From Promethearchaeota archaeon (GTDB lineage: Archaea > Asgardarchaeota > Lokiarchaeia > Sigyniarchaeales > SOKP01): a DNA stretch of 64,000 nucleotides. The stretch lies in the NCBI GenBank assembly GCA_019057795.1, contig JAHLWS010000024.1, positions 33,497 through 97,496 on the forward strand, read 5' to 3'. Of this stretch, positions 40,628-50,114 are shown piece by piece. Within the stretch, counting starts at the first letter, position 1. Every line of letters begins with the position of its first letter. The notes beneath the pieces were generated by a model that made no database searches, was not told the DNA's origin, and saw nothing but the letters and a program-made list of their open reading frames with translations. Position numbers and translations under genes: made by a program.

Positions 40628-40810
40628 CTATTGAACTGTTTCCAAATTCTTGGTAATTAATTTGATATACTCAAGATACTACAACCCTTTCTTTTCTGCT
40701 TCTTTAACAAGGATCTTTCGCGCAGCATGAACTTGTTGTAAAGCTAGATCATTAGGAAATTCACGCTCAATCTCTTTTCTGATAATTTCTATTTCATTTT
40801 CGTCCAACAA
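40628..40810 (-). pseudogene. Small antitoxin-like ORF with in-frame TAG at 40679-40681
   Basis: MLDENEIEIIRKEIEREFPNDLALQQVHAARKILVKEAEKKGL*YLEYIKLITKNLETVQ; upstream AGGTGA. Confidence 0.55.
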
Positions 40811-40825
40811 TATATTTCACCTTTA

Positions 40826-40984
40826 TTATAATAATTCTGCAGGAGTTATAATTTCTATTTGCCTTAAATTGTTTAAAGTACTTATCATTCTTACAATATC
40901 TTTAGTTTTTTTCCTGACTAAATGCCTGAAATTCCAACTTAATAAGAAGTCCATTTCATTTATTATTGCCACAGCATAAATCAT
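40826..40984 (-). pseudogene. C-terminal remnant of a PIN-domain toxin
   Basis: AVAIINEMDFLLSWNFRHLV...IEIITPAELL; N-terminal catalytic Asp region absent. Confidence 0.75.
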
Positions 40985-41056
40985 TAATTTTGAAAATAAA
41001 TAAGAGAAAGTATATAATAAAAGATGATTTATTACTTAAATTAAATTTACATCATT

Positions 41057-41296
41057 TTATGATGTATATTTCTCTGTTTTTGAAGTTTTATACGCTGTAA
41101 TGACTATTTTCGCATCTCCATCAGAGAAATAAAAAACACGTAAAAGTCGCCTTTCTATTATTTTTTGGGCTACAGAATTACCATAAAGATCTTTCTTTAA
41201 AAGATCGGGATTATTAATAGTATCAAGTATCTCATCTTTAGATATTTTCCGCTTTTTAATCCTATGCAAAGCATGTTTAGTGAATTTTATAGACAT
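41057..41296 (-). CDS. DUF4258 RelE-like toxin
   Basis: FTKHALHRIKKR...LRVFY...VITAY. Confidence 0.85.
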   Translation of the reverse strand: MSIKFTKHALHRIKKRKISKDEILDTINNPDLLKKDLYGNSVAQKIIERRLLRVFYFSDGDAKIVITAYKTSKTEKYTS

Positions 41297-41514
41297 TCTA
41301 CTATCATTGGTATTATTTCTTCAACATCTTTTTGGACGAGATCATTAAGATTAAGATTGCGATCTGTGAAATTTAATATTTCCACACCTACTAGCTGATC
41401 GTCTTTACCATAATCAACTATTATGCCTTTAGCAATTTCATCTGATTCTTGGATTTCTTCATTCGAGAACCGCAGATATAAAGCATTTGCTATTTTATCA
41501 AAAGAAAATTCCAT
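41287..41514 (-). CDS. DUF2283 antitoxin-like protein
   Basis: FDKIANALYLRF...IIVDY...VGVEIL. Confidence 0.88.
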   Translation of the reverse strand: MEFSFDKIANALYLRFSNEEIQESDEIAKGIIVDYGKDDQLVGVEILNFTDRNLNLNDLVQKDVEEIIPMIVECL

Positions 41515-41578
41515 ATTATTTTAAATGAGTATTTAATTTTATTCTTTTCTATAGAACCCCTAAAAACAAACAACTTCT

Positions 41579-42634
41579 TTAATATAAAATTTCAGAATCA
41601 ATATCCCTCAGATTGTTACAGTTAGTCATTTTCATCCCTTTCGCTAGAATTTTCTGTAAATATTCCATTTGAATTCGTACGCCCTCTATTCCAGCTCCAA
41701 CAGCCGCCCTAACGATATCTCGACCGATTAATACAGATTCAGCACCAAGGGCAAGCGCTTTTAAGATGTCATATCCCGTTCGAAATCCCCCGTCTATAAT
41801 TATTCGAATTTTTCCCTCAAGTTCAGCGACAATTTCAGGAAGCACTTCTGCCGTTCCAGGAGTATGATCTAAAACTCTTCCCCCATGATTAGAGACAACT
41901 ATAGCTGCTGCTCCTGCATCCTTTGCAGCAATAGCATCTTCTACACACATAATTCCCTTTACGATTACGGGTAGTTTTGTCGATGATACTAATTCTTTAA
42001 GGTCATCAATATTTTTCTTAAAAACATGTTTATTATGAGTAGTCATAGCGTAAGACCCACATCCATCAACATCTACGCCTACAGCTACACTCCCCGCTTT
42101 TTCAGCTTTCTTAAAGAATTCGATGATTACTTCTTGTTCTCTTGGTTTTACAATTTTAACCCCCAATCCCCCAGCTTCAGCAATAGCATCAATTCCATAA
42201 GAGTCATCGAGCGAATATGTATATGTGTCGCCCCGCCAGCCTAATGTTCTCGCAGCTTTACACCCCAGAACTACTGAACGGCAAAATTCTTTTTCTGAAA
42301 TTACCTTTTCTCCACCAAAACTATTTACTCCTGCTACACTCGCTCCCATTATCGGCATTGAAAGTTCAGTTCCAAAGAAATCGTATTTAGTGTCCGCTTC
42401 AAAATGATCTCCTATTACTTTCATTTTTAACTTCAATTCTTTTAGCACCAGAACATTGTTATTAAAAGAAGCTCCAGTACCTATTCCTCCAAAACCTAGG
42501 GGTCTTCCATAACTCTGACCTTGACAGATTCGCATTGCATCTCCATCGCATATTTTATATACGCCACACAATCCCATGAGCTTCTTCTGAGCTTCTTTTC
42601 GAACTTCAGTTAAAATTTTTTCTTCTGATGCCAT
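41579..42634 (-). CDS. FMN-dependent alpha-hydroxy-acid dehydrogenase/oxidase
   Basis: VKGI, VSNHGGR, DGGFR, GRD; N-terminal Cys cluster. Confidence 0.88.
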   Translation of the reverse strand: MASEEKILTEVRKEAQKKLMGLCGVYKICDGDAMRICQGQSYGRPLGFGGIGTGASFNNNVLVLKELKLKMKVIGDHFEADTKYDFFGTELSMPIMGASVAGVNSFGGEKVISEKEFCRSVVLGCKAARTLGWRGDTYTYSLDDSYGIDAIAEAGGLGVKIVKPREQEVIIEFFKKAEKAGSVAVGVDVDGCGSYAMTTHNKHVFKKNIDDLKELVSSTKLPVIVKGIMCVEDAIAAKDAGAAAIVVSNHGGRVLDHTPGTAEVLPEIVAELEGKIRIIIDGGFRTGYDILKALALGAESVLIGRDIVRAAVGAGIEGVRIQMEYLQKILAKGMKMTNCNNLRDIDSEILY

Positions 42635-42654
42635 ATCTCCACCTCAATTTTCTT

Positions 42655-44034
42655 TCATACCATTTTTTTAGGGTCTAAAAGTTCGTCCAAATTATCGATC
42701 TTTAAACCCATTTCTTTAATTACTTCTTTACAGGTTTTACCTTCCTTATGCGCCCTTTGGGCAATTTCAGAACATTTATCGTACCCTATTATTGGTGATA
42801 AATTAGTAACAATCATTAACATTTGGTCTAAATTCATATTGATTTGTTCAGTGTTCGCTTTTAAGCCGATTAAGCAATTATTAATAAAAGAATTAATACA
42901 CCCTATTAAAATTGCAATTGATTCAAGAACATTTACAATCATTACAGGTTTACTCATGTTCAAATCTAAAATGCTTCCATACATTTCTCCACTTGTAACA
43001 ACAGTGTCATTTCCAATCACTTGAAGACACACTTGAATTAAAGCTTCAGATTGAGTAGGATTAATTTTTCCAGGCATTATCGATGAACCTGGTTCGTTTT
43101 GGGGTAAAATTAATTCTGATAGACCCGCTCTTGGACCACTGCCCATCCAGCGAATGTCATTTGCCATTTTTAAAAGCGATAACGCTAAAAGTCTTAAGTT
43201 ACTACTGGCATTAGCTATAGTATTATGCGAAGATATTCCCTCCGCTTTTATAGGATTAATTTTAAAAGATAAGGAAGTTATTTTTAAAAGATGGTTTATG
43301 GTCAATTTATCAAAATCTTTATGAGCATTTAAACCAGTACCTAAAGCTGTGCCACCTATTGGGATGAATAATAATTCATCTATTACATGTCTTAATCGCT
43401 CAATATTAGTTTCGATTTGTTTTTTGTATACTTTGAATTCTAAAGATAGTGGTATTGGGACGGCATCTTGTAAGTGCGTTCTTCCTACTTTAACGATTTC
43501 TTCAAATTCTTCGATTTTAATAGTTAAGGTTTCTACTAATCTGTTTAAGACCGGAATTAACTTCTTTATCATATGTACAGTAGATATATGCATAGTAGTC
43601 GGGATTACATCGTTAGAAGATTGACTCTTATTTATGTGATCATTAGGATGGATCGGATGCTTCTTACCCATAGGAAATCCTAAGATTTGAGTGGCCCTAT
43701 TAGCTAATACTTCATTCATGTTCATGTTTGTTTGAGTGCCACTTCCTGTTTGATAGATGTCAATTGGGAACTGATCGAGATATTTCTCTTCTTCTAGAAT
43801 CTCGTTAACAGCTTGTAAGATCGCATCTCCTTTTTCTTTATCAATCAACCCTAATTCCATATTTGCTAATAAACAAGCTTTTTTAAGCTGTGCTAACGAC
43901 ATTATAAATACTTTAGGGAACATTTTTCCACTAATTTGAAAATTCTGGATTGCTCTTTGAGTATTTACACCCCAATACATGTCAATAGGAACTTCCACTT
44001 CTCCTAAAACATCTTTTTCAATGCGGTAATTCAA
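42655..44034 (-). CDS. fumC: Class II fumarate hydratase
   Basis: QTGSGTQTNMN, SSND, GRTHLQDA, GSSIMPGKINPTQSE. Confidence 0.9.
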   Translation of the reverse strand: MNYRIEKDVLGEVEVPIDMYWGVNTQRAIQNFQISGKMFPKVFIMSLAQLKKACLLANMELGLIDKEKGDAILQAVNEILEEEKYLDQFPIDIYQTGSGTQTNMNMNEVLANRATQILGFPMGKKHPIHPNDHINKSQSSNDVIPTTMHISTVHMIKKLIPVLNRLVETLTIKIEEFEEIVKVGRTHLQDAVPIPLSLEFKVYKKQIETNIERLRHVIDELLFIPIGGTALGTGLNAHKDFDKLTINHLLKITSLSFKINPIKAEGISSHNTIANASSNLRLLALSLLKMANDIRWMGSGPRAGLSELILPQNEPGSSIMPGKINPTQSEALIQVCLQVIGNDTVVTSGEMYGSILDLNMSKPVMIVNVLESIAILIGCINSFINNCLIGLKANTEQINMNLDQMLMIVTNLSPIIGYDKCSEIAQRAHKEGKTCKEVIKEMGLKIDNLDELLDPKKMV

Positions 44035-44113
44035 TATTTAAACCAACCATAAAATGTTTATTTATAAGCTTATTAGAAATAGGATAGTAAAAAAAGTTTA
44101 TATTAATATTCAG

Positions 44114-45018
44114 TAAATTTTTTTCAGCTTTTAAATTAAAAAAATGAAAAAGGCTTAAGAAGTTAAAGCGCTTACAATTTCTTCAAAATATTTGAAAATC
44201 GTGGAGTAATGCCCATCGTTTGGATAAAATTTTCCTTCACAATTTGGAATTGCTTTACACATACCACGACCCATCGCAACAGGTACAGCTTCGTCCTCTT
44301 CTCCATGCCATATATACACTTTAAGTTTTGGAGATATATCTTCAGGGCTAAAACCCCAAGGTTTCGCGTATAATTTCCCTTCGTAAAATACTCCTTTATT
44401 TCCTTGACGAAATGCTTCTGCGCTTTCTCTAATAAAAAGAGAAAGCAATTTAGGATCGTCCATAACTTCCCTATCTGGTTCTGGAAACTTTTTAATAGTT
44501 TCCCTCATTTTCCTTTCTGCTTTTTCTAAATCTTTCAAACCTCGAGATTGAAAAGATATCATCAATTTAAAAAGCCATGGCATTCTTCGAATAACAAAAG
44601 AAAATCTGCGAATACTTTTTATTTTTTCTTCTACTTCGAGATCCATTGGTCCTAAACCGCTAATAATACCACAAGTCGTTAAACGCTCAGGAGTTTTATA
44701 TGCACACGCTGCAGCATATGGACCACCCCCTGATATTCCTTCAATAGCAAATTTGTCTATTCCTAAAGCGTCAGCTAGCTCAACTACATCATCTGGCCAG
44801 TCTAAAATGGTACGGTCTTTTTTGAAATCTGAAAGCCCCTTTCCTGGTCTATCGATTCCAATAAGTCTAATATTATTTTGAACAACTCTATCCGCAAAAA
44901 TAGCAACTTCTAAACGAGAACCTGGGAAACCGTGGAAGTGAAATAATGGTTTTACTTCTGGATTACCTAAATCCGCGTAACCAAGTTTCCTTCCATCTTT
45001 TAATTCAAATGTTAGATT
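44114..45018. repeat. About 900-bp duplication copy B
   Basis: See 39288-40193. Confidence 0.92.
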
Positions 45019-45048
45019 AAGATTATCACTCTTAGGCATTTCATACAT
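44155..45048 (-). CDS. Alpha/beta hydrolase (start likely 45048 or 45039 rather than 45105)
   Basis: Near-identical to 39330..40223; later start avoids overlap with the GNAT gene. Confidence 0.88.
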   Translation of the reverse strand: MYEMPKSDNLNLTFELKDGRKLGYADLGNPEVKPLFHFHGFPGSRLEVAIFADRVVQNNIRLIGIDRPGKGLSDFKKDRTILDWPDDVVELADALGIDKFAIEGISGGGPYAAACAYKTPERLTTCGIISGLGPMDLEVEEKIKSIRRFSFVIRRMPWLFKLMISFQSRGLKDLEKAERKMRETIKKFPEPDREVMDDPKLLSLFIRESAEAFRQGNKGVFYEGKLYAKPWGFSPEDISPKLKVYIWHGEEDEAVPVAMGRGMCKAIPNCEGKFYPNDGHYSTIFKYFEEIVSALTS

Positions 45049-45071
45049 CACGGTAAAAAAATCTAATTTAA

Positions 45072-45599
45072 TCAATTTACTGATTTTATTTCCATATAAA
45101 TCCAATAAGGTTGAAGTCCTGGTGGAACTTCAGTTTCGGGGTATATCTCTCTCTCTTGAAACCCTGCTGAACGATAAACATGTTGTGCAGCAGTCATAAA
45201 TCGGCCAGTATCAAGTAGGATTCTTGAACATCCGAATTCTTTCCCTTTGTTTAAAAGATGTTTTAGTAGGCCTTTTCCAAAACCTTTCCCTCGATAATTT
45301 GGTCTGATATACATTCTTTTTATTACCCCTGTATTAACATTAAGTTTTATTAAAGCACCCATCCCAACTACATTTTTTTTTATTTTTAGTATATAGAAAA
45401 CTCCTTCAGGTGGCACATAGGATGTAAGTTCTTCAACACTAATTTTGGCATAATCTCGAATTGGTTGCCCCAGTAGGGAAACTACATCTATTTTGTAGTG
45501 CTTCATAACTTCATTGGTAATCCAAGACAAATATTCATCGTTTAAATCTATTAAAAGGGATTTATGAACTCTCAAATCAATAGGAATATACTCAATCAT
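45072..45599 (-). CDS. GNAT N-acetyltransferase
   Basis: KRMYIRPNYRGKGFGK, AQHVYRSAGF. Confidence 0.9.
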   Translation of the reverse strand: MIEYIPIDLRVHKSLLIDLNDEYLSWITNEVMKHYKIDVVSLLGQPIRDYAKISVEELTSYVPPEGVFYILKIKKNVVGMGALIKLNVNTGVIKRMYIRPNYRGKGFGKGLLKHLLNKGKEFGCSRILLDTGRFMTAAQHVYRSAGFQEREIYPETEVPPGLQPYWIYMEIKSVN

Positions 45600-45721
45600 A
45601 TGTAATCATATGTTTTTTTTTATTAAATAAGTTATACTAAAAAAAAGTAGAATAATAATTATTCTAATTAAAAGAAGGATTCAATTTCTTTTTCCATATA
45701 TTATAATTTTCCTTAATTGAT

Positions 45722-45811
45722 TTAACTACTAAATTTTCGCATTTCATAAATCGTTCTAATATCCAACCCTATATCAGTGTCAAGAATTACAGGAATTTTT
45801 TTGCTATGCAT
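45722..45811 (-). pseudogene. N-terminal remnant of an inosine/uridine nucleoside hydrolase
   Basis: MHSKKIPVILDTDIGLDI then unrelated sequence and stop; matches the DxDxGxDxD motif start. Confidence 0.7.
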
Positions 45812-45949
45812 TTTCGGTATCCTACTATGAAATAAATATTAAATAAATCTATCAGTTTTCAATTAATTTATCTTTTTCAATAAAAAAGAATTATATGGTT
45901 ACAATGATTATTATAGAAATGCAAATCATTTTCTAATAATTATTTTTTC

Positions 45950-47269
45950 TTGGTGCTATCAGAACAGATGAGTCGTAAACTAATTTTTAAAAAGGAGAAA
46001 TTTTCTGTCATTGTTTTAATATTTTTTATCGGGACTGTTATAATGGGTTTGGGGTATATGTCATATTCCACATCAAAAACCGTCAGTGGTTCTTATCAGA
46101 TTTCAGGCGCTGAATATGTTGCTTCTAAGATTGAAATATATAATAACGTAGAAATGGGAGAAATAAACATTACTAATCTTCCTGAAAATTCGGTAAACAT
46201 TTTAGAGGCAAATTGGAATTTTGATACACCTAATGGTTATGGTCCAACTACAAATATCATAACGCATAGTAAGATTGGAAATATTCTAAAAATCTTCATT
46301 AACCTTCCTTATCATGAAAATATCTCAAATGTAGAGTTCGACATTTCTATTAATCCCGGTTATGAACTATATGATTTCATTAGTGATACTAGAGAAGCAA
46401 ACATAAAAATAAAATTAATGAATATGAATTTTAATCGTTTTGAAGTTAGTGCGACTACAGGGGATGTTTATATCGATCTTACTTATATAGGTTTTCATAA
46501 TGATCACCTTGTGACTTCTACAACAGGGAGAATCTGGTTAGACTATTGGGAACTTGTATTCATTGGAGGAGGTAAATTTGATGTGTTAACTAGCGCAAGT
46601 AATATTGATATTAAATGGGCACAACATATTAAATGTTATCATGATATAAACATTACAATTACTACAGATGATTATGTAAGATTTAAATATTGGAGCCCGC
46701 TCGAAGTGAGTAGAATGAGAGTTGAATTAGAAGCAACTACCGGTACAAAAAGATTTTCTTCAGATGCTCAAGATTTCATTGAAGTTACCCCAGGTCACTA
46801 TCATTCAGTCAATATTAACGATACGAGTATAGATTTCTTAGATGTTGATTTGGTTACAACAGATGGTTATGTATGGGCTTATATAGTTGATTGTTTTAAA
46901 CCTCAAAGGTATTGTGAACAAACAATTACTCAAATTCCTTGGGAAGTACATACTAATGGCTCCTATGTTATTCCAAGAGCAGGACATGATGTTTCAACTA
47001 TTGAAGTCTATAATGATACAACAAACGCACCAATTACATATCTATTGTTAAATCAAAGTTCAGATAATATTTTGGAAGCAAATTGGGATTTAATTTACTT
47101 ACAGGGGCCTAAAAATGGATTAGGTACAATAGAAGTTGAATTTTCACATCAAATTGTTGGAGATGTTTTAAAGATATATATAGATTTAATCTACCAACCA
47201 GATCTAATCAGACCTGTATTCTATGGAGGATATTTAAATATTCATACTCCTCCAAATTATGGTATTTGA
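45950..47269 (+). CDS. Membrane-anchored beta-rich surface protein (DUF4097-like core, duplicated flanking domain)
   Basis: N-terminal TM; TTG repeats; NILEANW...G.I/VLKI.I.L occurs twice. Confidence 0.65.
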   Translation: MVLSEQMSRKLIFKKEKFSVIVLIFFIGTVIMGLGYMSYSTSKTVSGSYQISGAEYVASKIEIYNNVEMGEINITNLPENSVNILEANWNFDTPNGYGPTTNIITHSKIGNILKIFINLPYHENISNVEFDISINPGYELYDFISDTREANIKIKLMNMNFNRFEVSATTGDVYIDLTYIGFHNDHLVTSTTGRIWLDYWELVFIGGGKFDVLTSASNIDIKWAQHIKCYHDINITITTDDYVRFKYWSPLEVSRMRVELEATTGTKRFSSDAQDFIEVTPGHYHSVNINDTSIDFLDVDLVTTDGYVWAYIVDCFKPQRYCEQTITQIPWEVHTNGSYVIPRAGHDVSTIEVYNDTTNAPITYLLLNQSSDNILEANWDLIYLQGPKNGLGTIEVEFSHQIVGDVLKIYIDLIYQPDLIRPVFYGGYLNIHTPPNYGI

Positions 47270-47334
47270 ACTAAGATTAAAGGCTTAACAACTAATTAAA
47301 AAGAAATAGAAATAATCATTTCTCTTTTAATTAA

Positions 47335-47772
47335 TCATATTAAGTTAAATCCTACAAATTGATAAAATTCGGGAATCAAAGAAAAGATAAGATACAAAAC
47401 TGTTAACGTTAATAAAGATATCCATAAGGATTTTTCCCAGCTAATATCGATCAAGTATTTATTGAAGACAAGAATTAATAAAAATCCGGATATTGAAACA
47501 AGATTAATCAAAAAATTATTTCCTCCATTATCAAATCGCAATAATATTAATGAATCTCCAAGAATTTGAAGTAAAAATGCCATCACGCCAAAAAATAACG
47601 GAAGTAACATAACAAGAATAAAACTAGAAAGGATTATCATATATTTCTTCTCTAAAGCCTTTTGCTTTGATTCAAATCGCAGAACCAGAGCAAAAATAAT
47701 TAAGGACATAATTACTCCAATAATAACCAACCACATTATGTTATACAATAGATATTCAACTTGAAATAGCAT
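47335..47772 (-). CDS. Hypothetical 4-TM membrane protein
   Basis: Hydrophobic ORF. Confidence 0.7.
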   Translation of the reverse strand: MLFQVEYLLYNIMWLVIIGVIMSLIIFALVLRFESKQKALEKKYMIILSSFILVMLLPLFFGVMAFLLQILGDSLILLRFDNGGNNFLINLVSISGFLLILVFNKYLIDISWEKSLWISLLTLTVLYLIFSLIPEFYQFVGFNLI

Positions 47773-47926
47773 ATTTTCTAACCGTTTAAAAAATCATTAT
47801 TAGCTTTTAATTGCTATAAGGATAACTCCTTTTTATATCTATTAAAAGAATTTGTCAACTTTAAAATATTACTAAATAAAAAGAAATTCAGTTAATAAAA
47901 GATAAGAGAATGATTTAATCAGAATG

Positions 47927-48394
47927 TTAATTAATTTCAATTCCGCACGAAGGACAAATTAGTGTATCTTTATCGATTTTATTTCCGCAGTTGTGACAAT
48001 GCGATGCTTCACTTTTTTGTTTTGGGAGAGCTTTTGGAGGTGGGCTTTCTTCTATTCTTTCAAGTAAGGAAAAGAGGTTAGAAAATAAACCGTTATACCA
48101 AGAATTTTTAAGTTTATCGACTCTTAGTATTGTTCTTGAAAGAGGTGTAGCTTCTACTCGAATCAGGGTTTTGTTGTTTTTTAAATCGTAAAAATTAATT
48201 CGAATTCGCTTCTTCCAATTCGGATCATGGCCCGTATTGGTCATCATAGTCCCTTGTTTAGCTTCTATAAAAGTAGGAGGAGTATACTTTTTTATTTTGG
48301 CTTTATGTTGGCCGATTATCCATTGCATTGCGAGCTTAAAAGCTTTATCAATAGGAATTTGAAGAGTTTCCTCATAAATCACACTAACATTCAT
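47927..48394 (-). CDS. Zinc-ribbon domain protein
   Basis: C-terminal CHNCG...CPSCG. Confidence 0.78.
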   Translation of the reverse strand: MNVSVIYEETLQIPIDKAFKLAMQWIIGQHKAKIKKYTPPTFIEAKQGTMMTNTGHDPNWKKRIRINFYDLKNNKTLIRVEATPLSRTILRVDKLKNSWYNGLFSNLFSLLERIEESPPPKALPKQKSEASHCHNCGNKIDKDTLICPSCGIEIN

Positions 48395-48472
48395 AAGAAC
48401 TATATATATAAGTTCGTATCATCTATAATTTTTGCCATCGGATTATTTTCTCAAATACAATTTTGATAAAAG

Positions 48473-49897
48473 CTATAGACCTAATTCCCGTAACTTACGA
48501 GTAATTTCTTTTTTTTTGATACCTTTCAGATCAAACCATTTATAAAAGATTAACGCACCCACACTGCAAAAAATGAATGGAATTAATCCTTGAGTTATCC
48601 GAAGACCTACTAAGGCATTAACCTGATGAGAAACATCTAATGGGTCATAAATTGTGAGCGCGTGAATAATTGCTATAATAAAACTCTGAAACACTACAGA
48701 AGAGCGAATGAAAAAGTTTCTAATTCCAAGTAAAGTAGTCTCATGATGTTTTTTTAATTTCACAGCGATTTCGTCGTAACAATCAGCCAAAACGGGTGAT
48801 AACATAATTAAGAATAATGTTATTGATACTCCGTTTAGAATGCTTGTTAAATAGAACTGAAACGCGTTCACAATAAAGAGGTTTAATAATAGACTTACTC
48901 CATAGAAAGCTAAACCTATTGCATAAGTGTTCGAATGTCCTATTCTTTTAGCTAAGCGAGCCCATATAGGAATTGTTAGAAAAGAAGATAAGAGCATTAA
49001 AAGTGAACCTAAGCTTCTTATGTGTTGCCCCTCTTGTAGAACATCGTCAATAAAGTTGACTGTATTCATGCTCATAAGACCAAACGCAATCATGAATGTA
49101 AGGTAAGAAAATACAGCCAACATGAAATTCTTTTGTTTTATAGCCATTTTCATGGTTTTAAAAAAGGAAATTTTCTTCGAGTTGTCATACCCTAGGATAA
49201 ATCTCTCTTTTATTACATTAGATTCCTTGGATCCAGGTATAAACACCAAAAATGAGCACGAGAGTACAATAATGCTGATAAACGCAGCGATTGTGAACGA
49301 AGTTGGATTCCCGGGATCAATTACTTGTGACCAGATTGTGATTGCTACGAAATTTGCTATAAATACAAAAATTTGAGTCAATATCCCTCCTTTTCTACGC
49401 GTTGTATCTCCCCTAAAATGTGCGGCAAAAGCACCAAAAGAATGCGTTTGAAGAAGAGAAAACGATATATCGTATAGAAATACGATTATTATATAATATA
49501 TTAGAATGGGCAATACACTTTCAATCCCTGATACTTGAGGTGGTGTAAATAGGAAGAAAAACAGGATAATTGTAGGAATCCCTCCGATAATGATCCATGG
49601 CGTATGAAACCCTCGCTTTCTGGTCCATTTGAAAGGTTTATCTGTAAGATATCCTATAAACGGGTTAACCAACATACTCATTATTACAATTAGTGTATTT
49701 GCGAGTGCCATATATATTGGCCATAAAGGAACTATACTGATTAAACCGAGCTCTCCTTCGTAGAATGTCCAGACATAATTATTGAAAGCTATCATTAAAT
49801 AGGTATTCAAAAAATATCCGGTTGAAAACATTACCATCTTTATCATACTTGGTTCTTCAGGTTGAGTATGATTCACATCATTATTTGAGGTTTTCAT
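48473..49897 (-). CDS. MFS transporter, GPH/MelB family
   Basis: NPFIGYLTD, ~12 TMs, LADCYDE. Confidence 0.88.
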   Translation of the reverse strand: MKTSNNDVNHTQPEEPSMIKMVMFSTGYFLNTYLMIAFNNYVWTFYEGELGLISIVPLWPIYMALANTLIVIMSMLVNPFIGYLTDKPFKWTRKRGFHTPWIIIGGIPTIILFFFLFTPPQVSGIESVLPILIYYIIIVFLYDISFSLLQTHSFGAFAAHFRGDTTRRKGGILTQIFVFIANFVAITIWSQVIDPGNPTSFTIAAFISIIVLSCSFLVFIPGSKESNVIKERFILGYDNSKKISFFKTMKMAIKQKNFMLAVFSYLTFMIAFGLMSMNTVNFIDDVLQEGQHIRSLGSLLMLLSSFLTIPIWARLAKRIGHSNTYAIGLAFYGVSLLLNLFIVNAFQFYLTSILNGVSITLFLIMLSPVLADCYDEIAVKLKKHHETTLLGIRNFFIRSSVVFQSFIIAIIHALTIYDPLDVSHQVNALVGLRITQGLIPFIFCSVGALIFYKWFDLKGIKKKEITRKLRELGL

Positions 49898-50114
49898 CTT
49901 TTATTTCAGAGTTTATTCTTGATATTATTTTATTCGTTCTATTATTTATTAAAGTATACTCCTAAAAAGCAAAAAATAATGTATTGATTCAAATTATAGT
50001 TTATTAGAATAAATTTTAATAAATACTAAGCGATTTTTAATTTAAATCTTGTTTTAATCTTGTTCTCTATGAGATTCTACTAAATTTTATATAAAGGAGG
50101 TTTTTATCATAAGA

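Noticed and set aside
40679-40681. Pyrrolysine or recoded TAG readthrough
   Set aside because: It lies in a decayed TA locus, and TAG ends other genes here normally
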